Shown: positions 21,639 through 29,550 of the stretch, piece after piece
How the letters are laid out: the number at the start of each line of letters is the position of its first letter
Position numbering within the stretch: position 1 is the first letter of the stretch
Assembly: GCA_963771075.1 (NCBI GenBank)
Contig: CAVYSE010000024.1
Span: forward strand, 64,001-128,000
Reading direction: 5' to 3'
From: a candidate division FCPU426 bacterium
GTDB taxonomy: Bacteria; Oederibacteriota; Muellerivitia; Muellerivitales; Muellerivitaceae
Length of the DNA: 64,000 nucleotides
Program-made: the position numbers and the translations under genes
Notes under the pieces: model-generated
Databases searched by the model: none
Told to the model about the DNA's origin: nothing
What the model saw: the letters and a program-made list of their open reading frames with translations, nothing else

Positions 21639-21979
21639 TAAGACCCGTTATCGTTTTTGGTTCCCAGAACCCCATAAGTTTTTTCGGGAGATCATCAAAG
21701 GAAAAGAAAAAGTGAGGTGGGGGTGTTACTTCCTATGCCCCTAGGGAAAGTTGCTTTTGAATCTATCCTCAATCCTGGTAAAATGCCAAACAGCAAGGGA
21801 CATTAGGAGGCAGTATGAGCAAGCCTAATGTTCACGGACTTCCCCAACATCTTCGGAAAGATAGCGGGGGATATTTCCTGGATTTTTTTACCTGCACATG
21901 CCTGTCGCAAAAAGGATAGTGTGCAACTTTTTTTTGGCCAGCTATATTAGTAAAAGCTAATTAAGGTCGGGAGGTTGAG

Positions 21980-22135
21980 ATGAGGATAGTGTTAGGTGTC
22001 GTAATTGGGGCTGTTTTGGGCTTTGGATACCACAAATTAGTCGGTTGTTCGACCGGGGCATGCCCCATCACCGCCAATCCCTGGATCAGCACGTTTTATG
22101 GGGCATTGATGGGCTTTTTCTTCACACACGCTTAA
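21980..22135 (+). CDS. Small membrane protein, DUF6132-like (not in the ORF track)
   Basis: Translated by hand: MRIVLGVVIGAVLGFGYHKLVGCSTGACPITANPWISTFYGALMGFFFTHA; GGAGG RBS. Confidence 0.8.
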   Translation: MRIVLGVVIGAVLGFGYHKLVGCSTGACPITANPWISTFYGALMGFFFTHA

Positions 22136-22152
22136 ATAAAAGGAGCAAAAAC

Positions 22153-22584
22153 ATGGGTGCGTTTACTTCGTTGATCAAATCGGTATTGGGTTTGGGGGTT
22201 TCGGATCCGGCGGCGGAGGTATCCCCTCAGGATGCTTTTGAGCGATTAAAGGCAGGTAAAACTATCCAACTGGTGGATGTGAGAAGCGAGGAAGAAAACA
22301 AGCAGGGCTATATCACGGGGGCCAGGTCAATCCCATTGCAAGAGTTGGGAAACCGGACAAGCGAGATCAATAAAAATGAACCGGTTCTTCTTTATTGTCA
22401 AAGCGGAGCCCGTAGCGGAATGGCTTTGGCTCTTTTGAAGGGGAAGGGATATAGCCAAATCGCCCATATTTCGGGCGGGATCTCAGCCTGGAGACGAAAT
22501 AACCTTCCGCTTGAAACTGAGCCCGAAACTAACAAAGAATATACAACTGGGCAAAGTTGTTCTTTAAAGAGGCCGGGGAGGTAA
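22153..22584 (+). CDS. Rhodanese-domain protein
   Basis: LVDVRSEEE, GYITGA, YCQSGARS, GGISAW. Confidence 0.9.
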   Translation: MGAFTSLIKSVLGLGVSDPAAEVSPQDAFERLKAGKTIQLVDVRSEEENKQGYITGARSIPLQELGNRTSEINKNEPVLLYCQSGARSGMALALLKGKGYSQIAHISGGISAWRRNNLPLETEPETNKEYTTGQSCSLKRPGR

Positions 22585-22587
22585 CGC

Positions 22588-22971
22588 ATGACCCTGTTAT
22601 TTTTGGGGATTGGTCTGGTCGCCGGGCTGGCGGCTGGTTTTTTTGGTGTCGGCGGAGGCATTCTCATCGTTCCGGCACTCACTTTTTTAGCTGGCTTCAC
22701 GCAGGAACGGGCTACAGGTACTAGCCTGGCGGTTCTACTTCCTCCTGTGGGGCTCCTGGCGGTAATCGAATATTACCGGCATGGCAACGTGGACCTTAAG
22801 GCTGGAGTTTTGATCGCTTTGGGGCTGATCCTGGGTGCCTGGCTCGGGGCTTTAGAGGCGCATAAACTTCCCGAAGTCTGGCTTAAGATGGTTTTCGGAA
22901 TTTTTGTCACCCTGGTTGGACTTTGGATCATTTTAGGCGCCCTCAAGGGCTTCAATGTGAGGGGCCTTTAG
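22588..22971 (+). CDS. Half-size TauE/SafE family membrane protein
   Basis: GFFGVGGGILIVP, ATGTSLA. Confidence 0.85.
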   Translation: MTLLFLGIGLVAGLAAGFFGVGGGILIVPALTFLAGFTQERATGTSLAVLLPPVGLLAVIEYYRHGNVDLKAGVLIALGLILGAWLGALEAHKLPEVWLKMVFGIFVTLVGLWIILGALKGFNVRGL

Positions 22972-22975
22972 CCCG

Positions 22976-23474
22976 ATTGTGCCACCGGATTGTGCCAACT
23001 TAATCTATACACCGCGTATACCTTGAATGGCACAATCACCTGAATTGGCAGCCTCACTGCCAATTCAACAATCGCTAAATATACCCAGGGTATAAACCCA
23101 ATATTGTGCCACCCGATTGTGCTATCTATGCGACCGTATAATTACCACGCCGTGGTAAAACTTGGCACAATAACTGGCACAATCACATCCCCTTGTCGGA
23201 GTCTCCGACAATTCATTTACCTTTATTTATGCCGTCAGCATAACCCCGCCATTGTGCCACCCGATTGTGCCAACCAAATTTATACACCGCGTATATCTTG
23301 AATGGCACAATCCAACGTAGTGGCCGCATTGCGGCCACTGGGGTTCGATATTGACATTTTCTTAAGCCTGAATAAATTAATGGAAATTGTGCCACCGGAT
23401 TGTGCCATTGTGCCAACCGTTCACCGCATATGGCGGGTTAGCTAAGTGGCACAATACCGACGGAATGGCACAAT
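22976..23474. repeat. Structured array of ATTGTGCCA / TGGCACAAT sites in four units
   Basis: 9 forward and 6 reverse 9-mers; units start at 22976, 23103, 23251 and 23386. Confidence 0.92.
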
Positions 23475-23530
23475 CGTTAATCAGTGGGATTGGCACGGGG
23501 AGGGCTGATCCAATTATTTGGAGGTTTTAT

Positions 23531-24337
23531 ATGAGTTCTATGAGGACTGATTTAGAAAGCAAAATAGAATCGATCGTTTTATGGTCGTTTCTTTGGATAG
23601 CCACACTCGTTCATGCGGGTCTTACCGTTGGTGTAATGGTTGCAACAGCTAAATTCCCTCCTGGGTATGAACTTTCAACAAATTGGGTCAATCTCCTTAG
23701 CCAAGGCCCAACATCAGTAACTTTCTGGTTTTACATCATTGTTCTTGGGGTGAGCACCGTTTTTGAAAGCGACTTTAAAGGTCGCTTAGCTTATGTAAAG
23801 TCCAGTTTTCCCTTTCCTGACATTCAATATAGTCATGTGGCTGGGGTTTTATGGGCGGTTTTGTGGCTTTTTGGCCACTTGGGTGCCTCAAACGGATGGT
23901 TTACCTTTCCAAATAAATTGGGCGCAACATTTTGGACCTGTTTATTATTTGTGTTTCTTCAACGCAGTTGGAATAAAAGCAACTATGAAGAGGATCTTCA
24001 AAAAAACTCAGAAAATGCAGAAGCACCCCAGAAAACAGAAATCGCCAAGCCCCTGGAAAGGGTTCCAATTTCAAAGCCTGTGTCGGCGGCGGTCCCCGCC
24101 GCCTCGAAACCAACGGTTTCTGACAATGCCGATGTGACGGAAAAGGTCATTGAATATGTTCGCCAGAACGGCCAGGCCAAAACCGGGGGATTGATAGGAG
24201 TGTTGGGTACCCCCAGGAGAACCGTGATCCGAAACCTGAACAAGCTTATCGAGGAAGGCAAGCTGGTCAGGGAGGGGCATGGCGCTGGCGCGGTATACAG
24301 GCTTAATGACAACCCGAAAGAAGAGCGGTTTAACTAA
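23531..24337 (+). CDS. Membrane protein with C-terminal winged helix-turn-helix
   Basis: GGAGG RBS; about 4 hydrophobic segments, a P/A/K linker, then KVIEYVRQNGQAKTGGLIGVLGTPRRTVIRNLNKLIEEGKLVREGHGAGAVYRL. Confidence 0.8.
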   Translation: MSSMRTDLESKIESIVLWSFLWIATLVHAGLTVGVMVATAKFPPGYELSTNWVNLLSQGPTSVTFWFYIIVLGVSTVFESDFKGRLAYVKSSFPFPDIQYSHVAGVLWAVLWLFGHLGASNGWFTFPNKLGATFWTCLLFVFLQRSWNKSNYEEDLQKNSENAEAPQKTEIAKPLERVPISKPVSAAVPAASKPTVSDNADVTEKVIEYVRQNGQAKTGGLIGVLGTPRRTVIRNLNKLIEEGKLVREGHGAGAVYRLNDNPKEERFN

Positions 24338-24606
24338 AAACGCCAGAAAATTCGAGGTTTCGTCACAAATTTCAATTAGTGGTTAAAATCCTTTGATGCC
24401 AATTGTGATAGTCCGCCGGTTCGAGTCCAACCCGGGGAATCGAAAAATATAGGAGCGAGTAATGTCTAAAAAACTGTTGTTTATTTATTTTTTGTTTTTT
24501 CCGTTTATGGCTAATGCCCAAACTCAACCTCGTTTTTATTTTGGCTATGGCGTTGAATTTAGGGATTTGTCAGCTAAGAAAAGCGAAATAAGGAATAAAG
24601 AAATTC

Positions 24607-26019
24607 CACTCTTGTCCTAAATAAAGGACTAAAAAAAGACACCTCCGACTGAAGTAGAATTGGGTTAGTCGACAAGCCCAAAGCGACGGTTACCAGCCGT
24701 CGCTACTTCAAACATCCGGAGGCGTATTTCGATGGTACCACCAACCAGTCTTTTTGCCCAAGTGTTGAAAATTGTGGATCGCACGGCTTTTGAACGAATT
24801 GTGCGGGAGTTTGAAGCCGAAAAACACGCCAAGGGGTTCAGTTGCTGGAATCAGTTTGTTTCCATGCTTTTCTGCCAGATGGGAGCCGCCCATTCCTTGA
24901 GGGAAATCTGTGGTGGCCTCCACACGGCCCTTGGGAAATTGACCCATTTGGGTCTTTGCGAAGCACCCACTAAATCCACCTTGGCTTACGCTAACGCCAA
25001 CCGTCCTTGGCAGGTTCAGCAAAGTCTTTTCTACCATCTGCTATCGAAGTGTCAGCTACAGGCGGCCATCTCGAAGAGGAAATTCAAGTTCAAGAATCCC
25101 CTCTACAGCCTGGACTCCAGCACCATTGATCTTTGTTTGTCAGTCTTCGACTGGGCAAAGTTCCGTAGGACCAAAGGGGCCATCAAACTCCATCTCTTGC
25201 TGGATCATCAGGGATACTTGCCCTGCTGGGGACTCGTAACGGAGGGAGGCGTGCATGACGTGAAAGTGGCTCAAAAGCTGGATTTTCCGGTGGATTCAAT
25301 CGTAGTGATGGATCGGGGATATGTGGATTTCTTTCTTCTGGCCCGATGGACGTTCCAAGGCGTGTGGTGGGTGACCCGTGCCAAGATCAACATGGCCTAC
25401 GAGGTGGTGAAGAACCTGCCGGTTCCGAAAACGGGCAACGTCCTGAAGGACCAAGTGATACGGTTAACAACGTTTCGGTCACAGGAAGCCTACCCGAAAG
25501 AGATGCGACGAGTGGTGGTATGGGACGAAGACCAGAAGCGGGAACTCGTATTCCTTACCAACCACATGGGTTTTGCTGCCTCGACGGTGGCGGCCATCTA
25601 CAAGGAACGTTGGCAGATCGAGTTGTTCTTCAAGGCTCTCAAGCAGAACTTACGGGTGAAGACTTTCGTAGGGACCACTGAGAATGCTGTTCAGACGCAG
25701 ATTTGGACAGCATTGATTGCCATGCTGCTGTTGAAATTCCTTCAACTGAAGAGCCATATCGCCTGGAGCCTGTCCCACTTGGCGGCCATGCTGCGGATGA
25801 ATCTATTGACCTACCGCGATTTGTGGGCTTGGTTGGATGCACCATTCCTGGTGGCGAGATTGGAACCGGCGGAAAAACAGATGGAATTAATACCCTCGTG
25901 ATTTGGACAGCATCCGGACGAAAGGGGGGGGCTTATCCCTGGAAATTCACAAACCTGTCCAAAATCGCTTGTTTTTCTTGGGGGGCAGCGGTCAGATTGA
26001 GTTGTTTAGGATAGCAGTG
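24607..26019 (+). mobile_element. IS4-family insertion sequence
   Basis: IRs CACTCTTGTCCTAAATAA / TTGTTTAGGATAGCAGTG (14/18); 9-bp TSD AAGAAATTC at 24598-24606 and 26020-26028. Confidence 0.92.
24732..25901 (+). CDS. IS4-family DDE transposase
   Basis: LDSSTIDL, MDRGY and YKERWQIELFFKALKQ (YREK motif). Confidence 0.95.
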   Translation: MVPPTSLFAQVLKIVDRTAFERIVREFEAEKHAKGFSCWNQFVSMLFCQMGAAHSLREICGGLHTALGKLTHLGLCEAPTKSTLAYANANRPWQVQQSLFYHLLSKCQLQAAISKRKFKFKNPLYSLDSSTIDLCLSVFDWAKFRRTKGAIKLHLLLDHQGYLPCWGLVTEGGVHDVKVAQKLDFPVDSIVVMDRGYVDFFLLARWTFQGVWWVTRAKINMAYEVVKNLPVPKTGNVLKDQVIRLTTFRSQEAYPKEMRRVVVWDEDQKRELVFLTNHMGFAASTVAAIYKERWQIELFFKALKQNLRVKTFVGTTENAVQTQIWTALIAMLLLKFLQLKSHIAWSLSHLAAMLRMNLLTYRDLWAWLDAPFLVARLEPAEKQMELIPS

Positions 26020-26551
26020 AAGAAATTCAAAATAGAATTGAAATGTTGCGTAAGAAGTTTCGAAAAGGCCAGCCGTATGATGCTGTAACAATTCCTAAAA
26101 TCAGTATAGAAAATAAAATTCATCCTAGTCCGTCCGAAACGCTTTGGGCGTTTAAAAATTCTAAATTAATTGGGACGACCCATGCTAGTAAATATTCCAT
26201 TGAGTATGGTGAAGAGGATGAAACTTGGAGTTTTCGTTTTTTTGTTAAAGATTCTAAATTGAATGAATATGAGATTCTTTTTGTTTCGGTTCCATCTGAC
26301 ACAAAAACAGATGATTTGCCGATGGAATGCCATTATGAAAAGCTTTCCACCAAAAGTGGGCTGGAAAAGCTGTTAGCTAACATAAAAAAAGTTGATTTAC
26401 CGAGAAAAAGTCCTTTTGAAAAGATTTACACCAATGATGAAATGGAAAAACTACTGGAACTTATAGATTATGACGATCAAGCAGAATTATCTCCCTCGGA
26501 AGTGGAAACGTTAAAAAGATTGATGGAACAGAACTATCCGGTGAAATTCGG

Positions 26552-27905
26552 CCGCGTAAAATTTAAGGGTGTAAAAAGAAGCGGGCGTAACATGGTGTTT
26601 GTTCACGACACCATATCCCTTTTGTGAAAGGACGTTACGCCCATGAAGAATATACACCTAGCCTTAGAGGCCTTGGCAAGGGAGAAAACCCAAGCCATGG
26701 TCAAGTCGGCGGTCGGAAGCCGACAGATCGGCCAATGGGTCGGCGAGGCTCTCAACCAGCAGCTTTCCGAGGCTTTCAATACCCAATTGGAGAAGGAACG
26801 GGACGAGTTCTTGGGTAGCCAACCCTACGAAAGACAGGAAAAACCCCGTTACCGTAATGGTTTCAAGCAGGTTTTCGTGCCTGGATTTTTAGGCCGATTG
26901 GAATTGAGAAAACCAGTTTTGAGGAAGGGCAAAGGGTTCGTTTCCGAGACTTTGAAAGCCTTGAGGGAAGGCAGCCAAGCCCTGATGGGTTACCTGGGAA
27001 TGAATTTCTGGCTGAAAGGGGCTTCCACCCGGTCGGTAGCGGCGGGGATGAACGAGGCCTTTGGAACGAAATGGACGGCCAGCCACATCAGCCAGATGAC
27101 CAACGCCTTGGAACCCACGTTGCGGGAATGGGAGAAGCGGCCATTACCCGAAGGGATCCGATACCTGTACCTGGATGCGCTTTACCTGACAGTCAGGCGT
27201 CAAGAGGCTGGCGTGAAACAAGCCTTGCTGGTGGCTATCGGGGTGGATGGGAATCTCAAACGGCATTTTCTGGGATATCTGGTAGGCGACCGGGAGAGTG
27301 AAGCTTCCTGGACAACCATGGTAGAAGACCTGTTGAACCGAGGATTGGACCGCCAAACCTTGAGGCTGGTGGTCTCCGACGCGCATGGCGGGATTATCGC
27401 GGCGGTCGAAAAACGTTTGGGAGTTACCCACCAACTGTGCGTGGTGCACAAAATGAAGAACGTCCGTTTCCGGGTGGCCTGGAAGGACCAAAAGGCTTTT
27501 ATGGCCGATTTCAAGGCAGTGTACTGGGCCGAAAGCCGGGAAAAAGCCTTGATAGCTTTGGGAAGCCTCAAGACCAGGTGGTCCAGGACATATCCCAAGG
27601 CGGTGGAGATGACGGAGGAAAAATTCGAGGCTTACACCCGATTCTTTGGGGAAAAACCAAAGTACTGGCTGATTACTCGTTCCAGCAACCTCATCGAGAG
27701 GTTCAACCTGGAGCTCAGGAGAAGGCTGAGGCCGGCGGGGATGATGCAGAATGAATTGGAACTGACTAAATTGGTCTGGGCAGTGGCCGAGGCCCAACAA
27801 GAAAGATGGGATAGGCTTAAAGTCCACACCTCAAGGAAGGAGGCAGAAGCTCAAGCCGCTTGATTAAGACGCCCGTGAAAATTTACACCCAAATTCTTGA
27901 CGCGG
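26552..27905 (+). mobile_element. IS256-family insertion sequence (ends approximate)
   Basis: Imperfect IRs CCGCGT..GGGTGTAAA..CGGGCGT and ACGCCCG..TTTACACCC..ACGCGG; no target duplication seen. Confidence 0.82.
26643..27863 (+). CDS. IS256-family (Mutator-type) transposase
   Basis: YRNGF, YLYLDA, VSDAHGG, QLCVVH, SSNLIERFNLELRRR. Confidence 0.93.
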   Translation: MKNIHLALEALAREKTQAMVKSAVGSRQIGQWVGEALNQQLSEAFNTQLEKERDEFLGSQPYERQEKPRYRNGFKQVFVPGFLGRLELRKPVLRKGKGFVSETLKALREGSQALMGYLGMNFWLKGASTRSVAAGMNEAFGTKWTASHISQMTNALEPTLREWEKRPLPEGIRYLYLDALYLTVRRQEAGVKQALLVAIGVDGNLKRHFLGYLVGDRESEASWTTMVEDLLNRGLDRQTLRLVVSDAHGGIIAAVEKRLGVTHQLCVVHKMKNVRFRVAWKDQKAFMADFKAVYWAESREKALIALGSLKTRWSRTYPKAVEMTEEKFEAYTRFFGEKPKYWLITRSSNLIERFNLELRRRLRPAGMMQNELELTKLVWAVAEAQQERWDRLKVHTSRKEAEAQAA

Positions 27906-29227
27906 GGGAGATTTTTGACGCAATTGTCGAGGGGAAGGTTACCGCTGATTTAAAAAAGAAGCATAAAAACAGTAGCGTTTTGGAATGCTACGAATACTTC
28001 CATAAAAAGAAAGAAACCATAAAGACGATAGACTTTAATAAGGTTCTAAATAAGCTTTACTTCTTGGGGATTGATCTGGGCGTCGAAGAGGATGAACAGC
28101 AGATTTTTGATACCATTAATTCTTTGGGAGTTTCATTAACGACCGCCGAGCTTTTAAAAAATGAATTGTTTAAACGCGAAGATGAAGAGCTGTATGAAAA
28201 AACCTGGAAAAATATTTTTGAAAAAGATGAGGACGGTAAGTCTTATTGGGATTTAGAGGTTACCTCAGGCCGCCAACATAGGGTCAATATTGATTTATTT
28301 CTTCAAGCATACCTACTTATTAAAAGCGATGCTCACGATAAGTATTTGGGTTTAAGCAGTTTGTTTTCCAATTACAAAAATTATCTTAAAGACCATTCGG
28401 TTGATAAGGCGAGTTTTGTTAGCGAGTTGGTTAAGTTTGCGACACCATACCAAAATTCAATTGACCCCGACCTTTTAAATCAAGAGATAGACCAAAAGGC
28501 TTTCATTGACCGACTCAACATTGTTGTTTTTGGACTGAACACAACAACGGTTATTCCATACATCCTTTATATTTTAAATGAGGTCAAGAGCAAGGATGAA
28601 AGAGAAGGTGTTTTTCGGCTCTTGGAAAGTTACTTGATGCGGAGATTGATTTGCAGGGAAACAACAAAAGCTTACAACAACCTTTTTGCCTCTTTTATCC
28701 GCAATAAGATCAATGGGCTGGATAACCTAAAAAATAAAATTGAACAGTTTGATGATCCAACCAATCGCTTTCCCACTGATAAAGTCTTTTTAAAAGCTTT
28801 TCAAGAGAACAAGCTTACGAATCAACAAGCCAAAACAGTCCTTTATTTGATCGAAAAGTCGGTTCAAAGCGTTAAGGACTCTACCGTAATTAGGCCATTT
28901 AACGAGTATAGCGTTGAACATGTTATGCCAAAAAAATGGAGAAATAATTGGGATAACATCGGAGATAACGATGCCGATGAAAGAGACGAGTATTTGTTGA
29001 GGCTTGGAAACCTTACTATCCTCACCGCCTCTCTTAACAGCTCTATCCGTGATGCCGAATGGAATGTTAAAAAGGCCGGGAAAAATAGTAAGAAAGGCCT
29101 TGAGGAATACAGCGCTGGAATTAAAACTTTCCACCCCTACTTGAAGGAATCAGACTGGAACGAAGATGTGATCGCAAAGAGAGGCAAAAAACTTTCGGAA
29201 ATGGCCGTCGATTTGTGGAATTTATAA
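27906..29227 (+). pseudogene. 5'-truncated GmrSD-like (DUF262-DUF1524) restriction protein
   Basis: IFDTINSLGVSL (end of DUF262) and SVEHVMPK..LGNLTIL..N (DUF1524 HNH); the QR and DGQQR motifs are absent and the ORF start lies inside the IS256 end. Confidence 0.8.
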
Positions 29228-29313
29228 GCCGGGTTAAGGCTCTCTTTGTTTTTTAATTGCTTCCGGTATTCCCTTAGCTTGAATCCGAGGTTTGCGTCCA
29301 GGGTCATTTATGG

Positions 29314-29502
29314 ATGAACCTTGAGTTTGTAAAAAAACTAAAACTTTTACAGTTAATGGATAAAATAAACGAGGATCTGAGGCCTGGAACACTTCGTATG
29401 TCTTCTGATGGAAAGGGCCAGCGGTGGTTGACTCGTTTTGACTTTGAGAGTCCAAACTATACTACTGACTTCAGGAGCATTCCGACTGCAAAGATTTGTT
29501 AA
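29314..29502 (+). pseudogene. UmuC C-terminal (DUF4113-like) fragment
   Basis: LMDKIN..GTLR..W...SPNYTTD...P pattern without a polymerase domain. Confidence 0.6.
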
Positions 29503-29550
29503 TCAAGGAAACCGAACACAGAAATCCGAGTTTGATAATTTTAAAAATAA

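Larger units (their letters stand above)
24462..26551 (+). pseudogene. Secreted hypothetical protein interrupted by IS4 and cut by IS256
   Basis: The signal-peptide ORF at 24462 rejoins ORF 26043 in frame once the IS and one target copy are removed. Confidence 0.75.

Noticed and set aside
22976..23474. CRISPR array
   Set aside because: Repeats are 9-mers in both orientations with irregular period and a duplicated spacer, and there are no cas genes in the window.
23491..23506. sigma54 promoter TGGCACGGGGAGGGC
   Set aside because: The spacing fits, but the -12 box lacks TTGC and TGGCAC is explained by the array motif.
23104..23530. ORFs over the repeat array and the 23387 start extension
   Set aside because: The IVP/WHN peptides simply translate the DNA repeat, and the real RBS precedes ATG 23531.
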